Shown here: positions 1-18,675 of the stretch, one piece after another
Position numbering within the stretch: position 1 is the stretch's first letter
How the letters are laid out: each line of letters opens with the position of its first letter
Origin: the human T2T-CHM13v2.0 reference genome, Homo sapiens
Assembly: GCF_009914755.1 (NCBI RefSeq)
Contig: NC_060937.1
DNA length: 64,000 bases
Strand: one strand, 5' to 3'
Position numbers and translations under genes: made by a program
Notes under the pieces: generated by a model
What the model saw: only the letters and a program-made list of their open reading frames with translations
Told to the model about the DNA's origin: nothing
Databases searched by the model: none

Positions 1-1620
<1,620 letters not shown>

Positions 1621-1764
1621 CATTATTAGATACAAACATATAAAATTTTGTGTTCTCTATATTATAAAAGATTTATTAATTCCTCAACATCCTTGCTTTT
1701 AATAAATCCTGAGCTTAGAGTGCATGCTCTCACTGGTGCTCACTGTCAGCCGCCTGTAGTGTAT

Positions 1765-2062
1765 CTTCCTTTCTTTCCTTTTTTTTGAGACAGAGTCTTG
1801 CTCTGTCACCCAGGCTGCAGTGGCACAATCTCGGCTCACTGCAATCTCAGCCTCCTGGGTTCAAGCGATTCTCATGCCTCAGCCTCCAGATTAGCTGGAA
1901 CTACAGGCACACGCCACCACATCTGACTAATTTTCGTATTTTTAGTGGAGCCAGGGTTTTGTCATGTTGGGCAGGCTGGTCTCGAGCTCCTGGCCTCAGG
2001 TGATCGGCCTGCCTTGGCCTCCCAAAGTGCTGGGATTATGGGTGTGAGCCACCGCGCCCAGC
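1765..2062 (-). mobile_element. AluS
   Basis: Poly-T followed by both Alu arms in reverse orientation. Confidence 0.92.
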
Positions 2063-2852
2063 ATGCATCTCCCTTTCATTCCTTCCTGGCTGGCAAAGCC
2101 CCACTCCCACTGTTTCACCATGTAGGCCTCCATCTGAAGCTTGCTCCTTTATATTATCAGTGTTCGTGGTTGTGATGAAAGGCATGGTCTGTGGCCCTAA
2201 AAAGTATGACCACTGAGCAAGAGTTTCTCATCTTCTTCCCCAAAGGTGCTGAAGACCAGGAGATCTTTTCATTAGTCAAAGCTGATTTAAGTGCCATTCT
2301 ACCTTGCAGGAGAAATTCAGAAGGACTGGCTCCTAGTGTGCCCTTCTGGCCTAATCATTCTATGTTTCCAAGATGTACATGACTGTACAGAGTTGGCCAA
2401 GGGACGTCCAGGACCATCCCTGTGATCTATAGTACGGTCTTCCTATCTTTCAATTAACAATTTCTTACTGAAAATCCACTGCATGCAAACTTCAGAAGTT
2501 GTATTAAGGTCTTATTTTGAATACTTCATATCCAAAATCTTGTGTCTGGTATAAAAAATGATAAATAAAAGGAAATGTTATATATAATTCATATATTATA
2601 ACATATATATGTATGTATCTATATATAATATGCACTGAGAGAGAACTGCAGACAATTTGTTGTGACAAGAACTAAGAGAAATGGAACAAGAATGTGCTAA
2701 ATCAATACCAAACTACAGCAGCAGACCCCCTTTATAGCTCAATTTTAGAGAGGTTTATAGCAGATTATGACACAACTACACTTTAACTCAGTTCTGAAAG
2801 TAAGCCATCTACCAGAAGTCTCATCTTCTTAAATAGGAAATGGTTAACTCAG

Positions 2853-3026
2853 AACATGGTTTTCAAGGTGTCATCTCTGAACCAGCAGCAGCAGCATCAC
2901 CTGAAAACATGTTAGACGTGCAAACTATCAGGTACTCCACCAAATCTACTGACAGAAATTCTGCAATCCGTGTTTTAAAAGGTCCCACAGGTGATTCTGA
3001 TGCATACTAGAGTTTAAAAACTGCTG
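2853..3026. mobile_element. MER5A-like hAT-Charlie fossil
   Basis: cagcagcatcacctg...gttaga...caggtgattctgatgca resembles MER5A. Confidence 0.65.
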
Positions 3027-4977
3027 GCTAAAAACTCAAGACAACTCACCTGGACCTTCTATCATAGGTTAGAGTGAGCCAAATAAAACAAGAGTAGTTA
3101 TTATAGTAATCTATAAGGCATAATTTAAAAAAAAAAAAAGAGCCCTGCCTGCTTCCCCAAGTGACCTAAGAAGAAGTCTCTACATTTCTTTAAATTAGAG
3201 CAACTGTTTTCAGTTAAGACACTGTCACAGAAAGCCACTATGCCCATTAATATGCCAACACTCATTATTTAGCTTATTACTCAGCTGTCACTTGGCAGAG
3301 AGCTTGGATATAAAGAAAAGCATAACGTGGCATATCATATGACAGGTCAGGTTTACAGTAAAGCAAGGGAACAAGAGTCCCAAGCAGTCTCCCTCAAGTC
3401 ATGAAAGACAGGCCCAGGTGGAACTCTACAGTAAGGAGACTCTGAAAAGGCAATGACGCTTTCATAACATAGAGCAAGGGATGCTCAAAGAAACATTCTG
3501 ACATCATTACTGTCTTCAGCAGCACTTAACTGTCTATTAGTTGAGATGATCTCCGGCTTCTTAGAACAGAACAGTGTCTAAGCAGGAAAGGTAATGGTTT
3601 ACTGCTGATTAGCATTCCACACGCATTTCATATGTATATATGACTAACGATCAAACTAAACATGGAATAATATAAATATGGGACTCTCTTTGGTACTTCC
3701 TCATTACTGCACCAGCAGTTTCTTAAGATGAAATGTACACATTCAGATTCTGACATTTGCAAGCACCACCTGACAGAACTTAACAAATACGCTTAATATG
3801 TCTTTACAACATTCTTACGTGTATCATTTGCAGGGCATGTAAATCTTACTAATACGTGCACCAAAAAGTTTGATATTAATTTTTTAAAATTCTGTTAAAG
3901 TCCTTAATGACTAAAACGGTATTTGAAAGCACACAATTTTATATTCACCAATCAAAAACATTAAAGCCTCTATTTTCTCCTAGCATCCTTACCACACTAT
4001 ATACATGTTAACATTTTTATTTTACATTGTATTTCCCCACAGCCTTTCTACATGCCTTTTAAAAACTCAGTTGAGGGTAACTCAACCCACACTGGTTCTT
4101 TAAAGTTAGACATAAACATACCTTATAATATGAAATGGAGATGGTGGCAATTAAAGTTTCTGTACAGATTACCACAGGAAAAGTGATAGTCACTGACTCC
4201 TTGAGGTATTCCTACTATAGGTAGAAAATATCCATGTATGGCAGCCCCATTTTACATTGCTCTATCAGTTGACAGCTGACATTTTAACCTCTAACCAACC
4301 ATAGCAAGAAGATTCAGAATTAAGTTTGACAATTTGTCCTTTAACTTGTTCCAAAGTACTGCAGGGGTTTTACTGCCTGATGTTATACCATATGTACAAA
4401 CTCTAGACACAGCAGGCGGGGTTAAGCAGGATGCCTCTGTATTTTGCCATTCTCCTGTTTCCTGTTGTTTTTGGAGCAGCCTAACTTTAGCTAAACATAA
4501 CCCTCCTGGGCATATCATTTTTAGCAGGAGAATCTGCCTCATAGCAAAGTTCCCTGTATGTTGATTACATTTCTGAAGCATGGCAGTCTATGAGATTCAT
4601 AGAACTCACTGGTTTGGCATTCTGCCGAGTCTTTATGAAACCCAACTCATCATAGGAAAAATTTATTGAAATAAAATTACTTACTGCATAAGTTTTTGTG
4701 AATAAAAACCCAAACAATTATGAAATGAACAAGCTACCTAGGGAATTCTTTTTGAAACTTTTTTTTTTTTTGGTCATCTGGTCTCCATTAAGTAACAGTG
4801 ATAAACAGCAGATTCTTTAAAACTTTTTCCATATTTCAAGTTATTTTTTAATTCTAAATTTACTGTTATCTTTGGTAATGGGTATGTTTACTTGTGCCCT
4901 CGAGAGGTGAGATTCTGTAAAACCCTCTTAGATTTTACATCCAGAATTATTTTTGCCAGTATGAGAAATATTTTTGA

Positions 4978-5325
<348 letters not shown>

Positions 5326-7295
5326 AGCTGCTACTAACAAACTATACTCTTAGCTTAATGTCAGTAACTCTTACCAAGCCAGAGTTCATGAAAAGTACTC
5401 ACAAAGAAAAAAACATGGTTCTTTAAAAATATATATAATTTCCCCAATTGTCTGTCCCCTTGGGTATTCTGTAAAGTAGAACATTTAGCTCTATATAATT
5501 CAAAAAAAATCTATACATAGCTTAGGGAAGGAACCATAAATCTCATGGGTCTCAGATTCACTTCCTGTTGCCTTCCTTCATTACACGTTTAAAGATAATC
5601 AATAAAAACTGATTTCTCTTTGTAAGCATTTTCCTGTTCTGCCAGAAATAATAGCAGGCCCTGCCCTAAAATGAAGGAAAAATGGAAAGCAATATTTACC
5701 ATAAGAGGAGAAAATGAAACTGCCTAAGCATTTTTCCTGAGCCAAGTGAAACACAAAGAGCAGACCAACTTTATTCTTACAGAAAAAAATTTTAAATACT
5801 CTTGGCATTAATTCTATTCTTAAAATCTATTCTTAAAATTTGTAAGTTTTCAAACTCTGAATTTACATTTCCACTTTCAATGACAACTTCTTTAGGTTTC
5901 CTAATAGTTTTAAGTACATACCTGTGTAAATATACATATCACATGCAAGACTTTTGTCAGTGTTAAACATTGAAGCTGTAAAGAGATGACAGGTAGGTCC
6001 CCCACACTGCCTCCCGGGAGGGACTAAGGTGCAAAACCAATGGGAAAAAACCCAAATGAGAACAAAGTTACATCAGTAAGGAAAGAATGGACAATTCTAT
6101 CTCACTTTAAAACAAAACTTTCTATCTCATTTCAAAACACAAAACTTTGCCACTTGCATTTTCAGCACAAGAATTAAACTTTACTGAAAATGTTACTTGA
6201 AAGTTTTATATTAAATACTCTGAAATAATCCATTGGGGTTCTCTAATATGGGGAGACTGTCTCACAACTACTCATTTTTAATTCATTTTTCTTCTTCTGG
6301 ATTCTTCACAAAAGACTGTAAGAAAACACCAAATGAGGGAGTAACAGACCTTTACTTTGTAATGAAGTTCCAAATACATTGTATAAGTTTTCCAGGCTTC
6401 CTATTTCCCTTCACTCTGCACTATCTATGGAGGTTGTCATATTTCACCAGGGTGGACTGTAAATCAGACAAGTTCAGCCAGTCAGGTTGAAGAATGGAGG
6501 TGAAAAGCACAGTGGAAAATACATAAAGTACAATTAAAACCATATGACCAAAGATATTGAAGCAATACTTGCTGGAGGGAATCCAAGTAAAAATCAAACC
6601 TTTTCTGGCGTTAGTGAAACTATCCAGTCCATCTGGGACAAGCACACATCATTTGCTAAATATCCCTTTTCTTTTTTTCCACAGCAAGAGCACCCAGGAA
6701 AGTTAAGACCTAACAAGGTAATTAAGTGGATAGCTATCTCTGTAGAATAGTTAAGTTCATAGTTGTTATATAAAACTGATCTCTCATTTAAAATAGTTAA
6801 CATTTATTTAGAAATAGAGTTTAAGATTGGGCAAGAGTAAATTTTGCATCCACCAAAGTGTATTAGAGGTTCATGATAACAATGTTGAATCAAAAACCTT
6901 TTCCACTTTTCTGTGAAATCTTTACCTTTAAAGACCCGAGGATTCCATGAAGACAAAGATAATCTAATTGTCTATTGTTTAACATAACGAACAAGAAGCT
7001 ATAAAATCCAAACTGTCGCCCCTACTACACCTCAAACAACCTAGATGTTACTGTTTCACATAGGTGGCACTTAGCAGGCCAGTGATGTATATGTACAGAA
7101 ATTAAGAACTCTTGAAGTTGTAAAGCAGCAATTCTGACAATAATCTTGACTTTGGCAACCTATCATCAAAGCCATTCCAAATCTATTTCTCTTATGCATT
7201 CCAGGTGTCATTTATAATAATCTCAGTAGACAACTGAAACATAACTTTTAATACTGCTTTGGGATTCCAGTAAACAACTCAAGCTCAGCAAGTCA

Positions 7296-7859
<564 letters not shown>

Positions 7860-9149
7860 CTGGTAAAACAACAGGAAACATTAAAAATTAAAGGCATTAA
7901 AAGAAGTGATAACACTGTTTCAGCTAGTCTACAATTTTCAATTAATAAACATTGAGACTTGCCTCAACACTTTAAAAGTGGGAAGAACTAATTCTCTCTA
8001 TGAGCTTCATAACTCGATTTTTGTCAAACCAGCTCAAAGCTTTTTCATGTCTTTATCTTCCGTAAATATTTCCAAATTAACTCTGACAGCTATTTACTTA
8101 AAGAAACGCCCGATTTTTATTTGACAGGCCAATGAATTCATTCTATATATTATATACTCACATTAAAAGTAATGTAGCACTTTCACTGGGCAATAAACAA
8201 TTAAAATAAAATGAACCATGCCATGATTTCCATTTTTTGGCTTGCAAGTTCATGCTCATAGTTTGTTGCAACTTTTCTATGTCCCTTTAAGGGTGCATTA
8301 ACTCTCTGCATGAGCCAAACAAACTAATTAGGATAATTTTTCACAATTGCAGAGTACCATAAATTTAACAAGCATTATGGTCTGCGGAGGCACCCACAGT
8401 ACAGAACTATTACCAGACACTCTTTGTACTCATTCAGCAGCATTTCAGAATTTCTTTAGTCTTAACATCTTCTAGTGTAAAAGAATGCCTGTGTATGACT
8501 TATTTTGAGTCTGCAGTTTTGATTCATTGATTCCAACAGTTCTATTGCAATCATTTCTCCCACTGAATGATTGTCTAATTTGAACAGCAATCCATACTTC
8601 CCAGTATGCTACATCAAACCCCAGTCATCCAAATGGTTCCAGGGGCATCTACTTCCACCCCAGCCTTTCAAAAAGAGTTCCTTAACCATTTCTCACACTT
8701 TCTATAAAGAAATGAATACAGAAGCACAGAGCCCATCCACCCTAGAATTCCACCCCCAGGACCCCTAACTCCAGCTTTCAGGGTCCATAGCAAATTTCCC
8801 CCTTTCTTCACCTCGCCCCTACCCGTTTTTTTCTCTAACCACCGCCCATTTTCAGTTCTGGATGTCACTCAAACGGGAGGTCGGCTACTACTTTTTTTTC
8901 TAATCTTGTCAACTGCAGTCAGGGCTGAAGTTGATCTATCTGGGCCACGAGGCTGGGGAAGACCAGCAGGGGGTGGCCTGCGGGCAGGGGGCCCCCATCT
9001 CCAACTGCGGTGAGGCGCCCTCGCCAAGACAAGCCCATATTTAGCCCCCTGCCATTGCCTCACCGAGCCACTCCACCCATGGAGACACACAATGATCCCT
9101 CCATTCTAAAAGGGGGCAAGAGGCATTTTCCAGCCGGCTCTGGACGAAG

Positions 9150-9930
9150 GGAGGGGATAAGGATGGGAAGGCAGCACCCCCCGGAGGCAGACGCCAAGAG
9201 CGGACGCGGCTGGCAGGCAGAGCCGACGGATCCGCCGAGCTCAGGAAGTCCGGAGCCCGGGAGCAGCCCAACTCCGGCTCCGGGGCAGAGAGGGAGCCGG
9301 GGAGAAAGCAGCGGAGCCCACGCCCACGGGGCAGCCGAGTGATTTACTTACATGGCTGGCGGGCGGCGGCTACCTTCCCTCCCGCGTCCCGGGCGCACAC
9401 ACAACTTGCTGTCTTTCTCGGGCGGGAACATCCACGGGAAACCGGACCGTCCTGCCCTTCTTTGCCTCTGTCCCTAACAGCCGCAGAACCCCGGGGCCCG
9501 ACCTGGAAGAGCAGGGGTTGGCAGGAGGCGGAGGGTCTCCAGAAGCGGGCTGGCACCAGCGGAGACCCCCACTCCCGGCGAGTCCGCGGCGGCAGCTCTG
9601 GCGGAGCGCTGTGGGCGCGCGCGGGCGCCGGGGATCGCACGCAGAGGAGCGGATCTCCCTTTGGCAGGCGAGGCACGCACCGCCTCCTCCCCTCCGCTGC
9701 CCGGCCCTCCTCTTTCTCCAGTCCCCTCCCCTCGCGCCCCGGGGAACTCCGCGCAGACAGACCCAGGACGCACCGGGGACGTTCCTGGAGCGCCGGGAAG
9801 GGAGTGGGGGGGTGCCCCGCTGTCCGCGCGGGTCCAGGCCCACCCCCGGGGGCAGCTTTCGCGGCTCCTCCCCTAGCCCCGAGCCCCCTCGCGCCCCCTC
9901 TCCCTGCGTCTCATTCAAAGCTGAGTGGGG
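9150..9930. promoter_or_regulatory. CpG island / LHFPL6 promoter
   Basis: Very GC- and CpG-rich relative to the AT-rich flanks; overlaps exon 1. Confidence 0.9.
9352..9660 (-). other. LHFPL6: LHFPL6 non-coding exon 1 (5' boundary approximate)
   Basis: Donor CCAT|GTAAGT at 9351 inside the CpG island gives a 1492-nt intron 1. The TSS cannot be read from sequence. Confidence 0.75.
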
Positions 9931-10328
9931 AAGGCAGACAGACCGAGAAGTATGGGAGAAAGTTGCTTGTCTTCCTGGGTGACCCCGAGGAGCCACGGAA
10001 GATGACACACTTTGCCTGTTGGGGCTTTTCTGGGTTTACTGTTCCGGTTTATGCTCCTGTTTTCCTGCCGCCGTTAAAAGAAGCCGTAGACGGGAAAGAG
10101 GGCCTTAAAGAGTGGGTAAAGTGGCCCCTTTGAGATTTGAGGAGGCTTTTGAGAAGTGGTCACTTTGGAAGGCGGTGAATGAGGCGGTTGTGGACGTGGG
10201 AATTAAAGCACAGCAGACAGCCCAAGGCTCATGTATGGCATGGGGGCAGCTGCCTTTCCAGACGAGCCAGGGAGAAGGCAGGGGCGGACCTCTAGCGAGC
10301 CTCTCCCAAGAGATACACTCTTTCAAAG

Positions 10329-10420
10329 GTCTCTCTCTCTCTCTCTTGCTGTTTCTCTGTCTCTCTCTCCCTCCCTCCCTCCCTTTCCCTTCACTTCCTC
10401 CCTCCCTTCTCCTCCATCCT
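10329..10420. repeat. CT-rich polypyrimidine tract
   Basis: (CT)n and (CCCT)n runs upstream of the LHFPL6 island. Confidence 0.85.
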
Positions 10421-10954
10421 GCCTCCTGATCAATTTTGCAATTTATTCCATCGTTTGATTTCTTTTCTGAGAAACAACTGATTTTTAGTTCCCCTCTGGA
10501 CTTGAGGACTTTTTCCACTTGTCATTAGCACTAACCCCTTTAGAAGTTTAGAGCTAGATTCAGTAGATGACTGTGGGAGTCTCTGCTGAACACAGTATTT
10601 TAAGAAGTATGCCATCTGGGAACAGCAGTTTTTGAAGTAGACAGTTTCCCAGATATAGTTTTTGTGAGGTGTCTTTTTAGAGGAGTTGAAAGTAATAAAT
10701 TGGGAGGTATATATTTCATAGCAGATTTTCAGACTGCACCATTTTAATTAGCCGTGATGGTGTACATTTTTCCCACAACGACAGCTGGAGATATGTGTTC
10801 TTTTATTATTATTTTGAAAGACCTTAAGTGATTGATTCCAAGCCTTTTGAGGTCACAGGTCTTTTAAAAAATACGATGAAACTGATAAGCCTTCCAGAAA
10901 AAAAAATGCGCGGACATATAAAGCTTTACCACAGCGATTCTGAAGAAGGAAAGG

Positions 10955-11100
10955 GATATTTGGCAAGGTCTGAAGATAATTTTGATTATCATAACCCATG
11001 AATGGGGAGTATTACTGGCATCTAGTTGGTAAAGACCCGAGATTCTGCTAAATACAGTGCACAGGACAGTCCCCAAAATTACCTGGGCCAAAATGTCAAT
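10955..11100. mobile_element. MER20 fragment
   Basis: tggcaaggtctgaagata...actggcatctagt...aaaatgtcaat resembles MER20 and the copy at 57117. Confidence 0.65.
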
Positions 11101-12399
11101 CATTTGAATGAAATATCAGGTGGTTTCCCATTCCCTTAAAGCCCATCCATGAATCCCATATTCAGAATCCCCAATTTAAGTGTTTTTGTTTTTGGTGTTG
11201 TTGTTGAGTTTAAGTTGTTTTAACTCTTCTCTTACAAATCACCGGTTACTGGTTTCAGTGACAGCATAAGAATGATTGGTCTGACTTCCAGTTAGGTACC
11301 ACACCCTTAGTTATTACACAGAGCCTTCATACCTATATAATATGATGGTGGAAGATATGATCATAAAAGACAAAAGAATAATAGTGAGAATCGGAGTCAC
11401 CTCCGTACAACCTGCAGGGGAAATTGCTCTCAAACACTTTCTTAAGTGTGAGAAAGCTTAAGCGCAAGTGCTGGCTGGAGACATATTAATGATAATCATG
11501 GTTACTACAGATTGACTCCTTGCTGTGTGTTAGTACATTAAGGTCCCTTAATAGATTACTTATCCAGTCCTCGAAAAAGAAAAGAAAAATTATGAAGAAG
11601 GAATAATTATTATTTTACCACAAGGATAAGAAGTAATTTGCCCAAAAATTTACAGCTAAAAAATGACTTTTAAAAAAATCTCATTATTTGCACTCTCTTA
11701 AGCAGAGTAAATGCTATCACAGAGATTCTGCCTAAAATGAAAAAAAAAATGACAGAAGAGGCCAAATTTTTAAAAATCTTTCAGGATGCAATATCAATTA
11801 TTTGTGAAAGTATAATACTGGGACTCAAATTTCTAACTTAAATAAGTGAATTCAGACAAATGGTGATCTTCCCAAGCCCTAAGTTATCTCATTGTTAAAA
11901 AGAGATTGAAATAGGTTATTTTAATTTTTTTTAAGCTCACAACTTCCAGCATCATGGTTATATGGGTCCTCTTATCTTTGAGAAGGAATTTAGAGATCAT
12001 CTAATCTTGTTCAAGTATGTAATTTTACAGCTGACAAAACAGAGGCTCGAAATTCTTCCAGTGTCTTACCCAAAGCTGAGGCTATAATCCACATATCTTG
12101 ATTTCTCTTTCTAATTATCTTACTAAACTATAATATCTTCTGAATTACTCCTTATGTTCTTCCATGCACACTTTGTAAGCAAAATGCATTATAATTTATT
12201 TAAGCCCCTTTGCATTAAATTTGTACCTTTAAAGGACCATTAAATTACTTCACAGCCAGAAGTTCCCACATAGCAGATGCCACTTATAACACCTATTCCA
12301 GGTTTGGGTTTCCAGTATGTTTGGATAGTAGTCTCATTGAGTCACAAGATGAGATCATGAATGCGACAGTATATGGAAAGCTATAAAGTGTTTATGACA

Positions 12400-12830
12400 A
12401 CACTCTTGGTTGGCTACCCAGTATTAATTCACAATCCCCTCTCCCTTCTCACCAGATACTCTTCTAGCATCCCTTAAAGCAAGTAATGGCCACTTGATCC
12501 TGCTGTAGCCAATGAGTTTGCTAAGGAGGCCTCTGGGGAAGATTGTATTCTCTGATAAAATAAGGAGACGTGAGAGAATAGTTCTCTCACCATCATGACT
12601 GTCTTCGGGCACATTCTTGAAGGTGTTTAGAGCTCTAGCAGCCTTCTTGTAACCAGGTGGGGGGTCACAGAGACATACTCCCAGTGATCTAACATTGTAG
12701 AGCTTCTCACCTCCATTTGAATTATTTAAAAAGTAAATTATAGATTTTCAATATGGTTTAAATCACTATGAGTTGAATTTTCTCCTTTTAGTAGCTAAAA
12801 GCATTCCTAATTGATAAAGCATGGTATAGA
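12400..12830 (+). mobile_element. Old ERVL-type LTR (LTR33/LTR16-like)
   Basis: gcatccctt...ggccac...agccaatgag core and gctaaaagcattcctaattgata end. Confidence 0.45.
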
Positions 12831-13553
12831 TAAGACATTTTCAATGAGAGGAAATATACATCAGTGAACATTGTATCTCAGTGCTTGGCAATGTAGACAG
12901 ATACTCAATAATCAAACAGTAATTGTGGGATTTAATGAACAAATCAATATCATCGTGATTACTATCCTTGTTCTAATGCAGCCTACAGAGTGGGTATTTA
13001 ATTTTTAAACAAATGGTATGCTATGTGAAATTAGGGAAGGAGCATGATAATGAAATATCAAGAACATAATGAAATCAATCACTTCTGACTACCAGAGAGA
13101 GATTGGAAAGGGATTTAGTCTGTCCACAATTGTGGCAAACACTACAGTTTGGCTGATATCATTTCCAACTCACTTCTTTTACATTGTTATCTCCTACGAA
13201 AGCAGTGAAAGCTAAAATCTCCACGTCCTAGCCTCCCTTGAAATTTGAGGGGCGATGTGTGTGTTATGATATATATTAATTTTTGTCTACAGTTCCTAGC
13301 TCCCAACACCCATAGCCCTTGTTACAGTATTTTGTTACAGTGTTGGGTATGTTAGGCCTCAGGAACAGACCTCAAGAAACAGAACCTCTCTAACCTGCTT
13401 CTGCTCTCCTTTCACCTGCCCCAAGGCAGTACTCTAATCTTTCCCCCTCCTTTCTGACTGTGGGTCTTAGGACCCTCCCCTGAGGGACCCACCCCATATC
13501 CTGAGGAAAGCAATAGTGACATCATGAAGCTTCCATAAAAACCCAAGAGGGCA

Positions 13554-14025
<472 letters not shown>

Positions 14026-15398
14026 ACCAAGAGGACTGGAAGTTCCTGGAGGATGGTGTGCCCCAGGAAGGCATGGAAGCTCCACACCCTTTTCCCCATA
14101 CCTCGCCCTGTGCATCTCTTCATCTGTTTCCTTTGTAATATCCTTTTATAATAAACTGGTAAACATAAGTGTTTCCCTGAGTTCTGTGAGCTGCTCCAGG
14201 AAATTAATTGAACCCAAAGAAGGGGTCATGCAAACCCCAATTTGAAGCCAGTTTGTCAGAAGTTCTGAAGGCCCAGACTTGTGACTGATGTGGGGTGACA
14301 GGGGCAGTCTTGGGGACCGAGGCCTCAATCTATGGGATCTGATGCCATCTCTAGGTAGATATTGTCAGAATAGAACTGGAGGACACCCAGCTGGTATTTG
14401 CTGCGGAGGTGATTGCTTGTTTGCTGGTGGGGAAATATCCCATACCTTGGGGTCACAGAAGTCTTCTGTGTTGACTGTTACTGTGTTGGTGTGAAAGCAG
14501 AGGAAAAACCTGGTTAGAGATTCCAGAAACACCATGTGACAGTTCTGGCCATTGAAGGGTGCTGGTACCATCACCTCCACCTCTTCTTTCTTCCAGCCCA
14601 GAGAACAGTTGTGATAGCACTTTGCAGCCCGGCATTCATTGTGCAGCCATGAAGCAACAGGCATGAGGAGGAAAGCCAGCACACGAACCATGATGGAGCA
14701 AAGTGGTGAAAAGAGTCCGCTTCTTCCCTATCTGCACTAGGCTGTTGGACTTCTCTTGGGGTAAGATCAAGAATCCTCACCTGGTTAAGTCACTGTTATT
14801 ACCTGCTACACTATTCATACCAACTCTTCTGTTACACTCAAGAGGCCAGCACCACAACAAAGGCACAGAGTGTGGGGACATGAAACAGAACCAGGAAAGA
14901 ACATAACAGTGTTGAGGGAGAATTTCTCAAGCAAACAGTGGCTGGGGAGGCATTCATTGTCCACAGTGTGTATTGCAGAAGATGGACCCTCCTTAAAGTG
15001 TGGCAATAGAAACAGGAACAGCTATGAAAATGGCTTATAAAATGTTTATTCTTAAAGTCTCAACTTTGAGCAATTCAGAGAGACAGAAATTCTCAGCATT
15101 ATAAAATAGCCTGATACGAAAAGGTTCCTCTTAAATACAAACCAGCAAGAGAGAGATGCAGACAGGTGGGAGGTCCAAATGAGAACCAGTAGATAACAAA
15201 AGAGAGGCTTTAAGTAGGGGCAGGGAGGAGAGATTTTTTCCTTAACTTCTCCTGGATGTGGAGCTCATCATTTCTTTGTCAATAAAAAAATACATGATTT
15301 GTTCCTCGACACATGCTGCGAGATATCCCAAGAAATGCTCCACCAGCTGAAAACCTACCATCACAGTTTTCAGTACAGATGCAGTGAACAAGGTTTAA

Positions 15399-15755
<357 letters not shown>

Positions 15756-16740
15756 CTTCTCTTCATTTCTAAATTGCCCTTTCCCTTCACAAATCCCTTC
15801 TCAAGACTAATTTAAAGGGGCATTGATTGCTATGACATTTTACTGCAATGAGTCCATTATATACATGGGGGAAAAATCTCAGGGGACAAGTGATCTCTCA
15901 GATTTCCTGCACTCCATCTCCAGTAGTCTATGAGTGAGATAGTGCATTGCTTTTAGAATGCTAACTCTCCTATTTGTATGCATATATTTACCATAGCTAT
16001 CTCAACATCCTATTAAATCGGAGTTGCCCATTTCATTTTCGATGAACTTTCTTTCATGTGTTTGATAGATGCAAGACACCCCCCACCCCATAGAAACTGT
16101 ATTTGTCTAGTTACATACAATTTCTAAACATAGTGATTTGTATGACTGAATTCCCCAGGAGCTTTCATGGAAATGAGGTAGATACCGTCTGTGACCTGCT
16201 CCCAGTGTTGCTGTCTGCATTATTCATTTAAAGTTTGCAAATTACTTTGGACTATGAAGTGCCATAGAGTTTCTATGTATTATTCTTTTATGAATTAAAG
16301 TAGCATATAAATATTAAATTAATAACTTATTTATAAGAAAAAAAGTGAAGCGTTAAATCAGATTTAACATAGCAAATACTTCATATTAAACCATCAAAAT
16401 TGAAAATGTCCATAATACGTAATATATATACTTTTGCTACGTGACCCAGTTTGCATTTTAAAGCAGTACATAATTATGTTTAATACTGAATCAGGGTCAT
16501 GCTTCTGCTGCTTTTAAGTTATTTTTTTCTTCCAGGGTCAAAAATCATCTCTGTTTTTTTCAACATTATGACTATGTTTTTTGGTTTGTGTTTTTATTTT
16601 TCCATAATATGTAGAAAGATGAATATTATGGGTATATAGATTAAAAAAAGTGTAATATTTGCTGAAATATTACTGTTTATTGACCAATATGCCGGCTACA
16701 CCAGGGCTGTACTATGGAGTCATGTGGAAAAGAGGGAACT

Positions 16741-17082
<342 letters not shown>

Positions 17083-18675
17083 TTAAACACTGTACTTGGT
17101 TGATTTGCCAGTTAGAGTGAATGACTGGATGAAAAGAGATGCTATTATATTTGGCTACTTTTGCCTTTGAAAGATCTATGTCTGTGTGACAAAAAGCTAA
17201 AGAGCAAGGGTGAGGTGACAAGAAGCAGAAGATACAATAAGAGTAGAGTTGAGAGCAGCATACAACATCAACCATATCAGCAGTTAGACAGCAGAGTTGG
17301 AGAGGAGGGAGAGAGAGGGAAAGGAGACAGAGATGGAGAGAGGGAAGGAAGAATAGAAGGAGAGGGAGAGAGAAGACTAAAATTTCATATGCTACCTTGA
17401 CTTTGAGCCTAACATGTCGCAAAGGCCTAACTTTGGGTCAACTTGACACTCTGCAGTAGCTCACACCCCTATCCGGTGAAGCCCCTGCACTTCTGCAGAT
17501 TCCTTGGAGAAACCCTGGTCTCCTCTCTCTGAGCTGTGGGTCTCACATCTGTCTCATCCTAGAGTTATCCTAGTAAATCCCAAGTGGTAACAGACTTCTT
17601 TATCTCCCAAGTAAGACCATACCAGGTAGCGGTTTTCCTAAAGGCTTACAGGATGACAAGGGAGGGGGATTGCAGTTTGGTTCTTCATAGCAGTTCGCCC
17701 AAAATGGAATACTGGGCCTCCTAATCCTAGAACCCCTGCCATGGGGGATTTCACACAGGCTGCTGTCTCCTCAGGGAATTCTGCCTACTGCCAATTTGTA
17801 CAGCCAGGCCAGTCCCTCTCCCTCCTTCAATGACTTCTCCTGCACCCCTAACTTTTTCTGAGCCCCTTGGCACCTCTCTCTTAGGCTGCGCTTGGAAAGG
17901 TAAGTCTTTCTTCTGTTCTCTGTATTGTTTGGCATTTCAGCATTCACCCTGTGTCTCCCTGTTGTTCACCCTCTGGGGGTGATCATGACCAAAGGCACTA
18001 TAAGAGTTTTTCTGAGCCCCACCCCTTGCCCCAGTTAAAGAACAAAGTTATCTTGCTAAGGGAGTTTAGATTTGTGCCTTTCTAAAAAAATTAACTAGCT
18101 CAAATGTCAGTCTCCTTTTTAAAAACATAAAGTAATCTTATTTAAAGTATATTATTAGAAAGGAAACCTCTTTAAGAACAACACATTTTCATCTATTTAG
18201 CATGAATTCTATATTGCCTTAAAGAGATACGTTGAGCCAAAATGTTAAAATAAGAATCCCACATAACTCCTGGTCTAAAGAAAAGCATATAAAAATACAC
18301 TGCTCAGCTGCCTTCAGAGAGATCTACCTTTTCCAAGAAGACTCAGAACGGGCTTCTGACCATCATAATCAGAATGCACTGCCTTCAGGAGCGGAAGGAA
18401 CACTACATGGGGAGTCAGAAACCTGAGTTCAAATTCTGAGACTGGATCTTCAACATGCTAATTATGACTCAAATATCACGTCTATTATAACCTATTTACT
18501 CTCAACAGTGTCTTTATCTAATAAAATTATTCACCATTATATATGATCATTTGCCTTAGATGACATGAATCAGTTCCTTTATTCATATTAGCAATTGGTA
18601 GAGCTTGAATTAATGACAGTGCTTGGATTGTAATGCAATTTTCCTGACTGTTAAGTACTTGTTTCTTTATACCAG

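Noticed and set aside
9010-10133. Long overlapping ORFs (up to 264 aa) on both strands
   Set aside because: Expected stop-codon depletion in a CpG island. They are Pro/Arg/Gly/Ala-rich with no recognisable domain.
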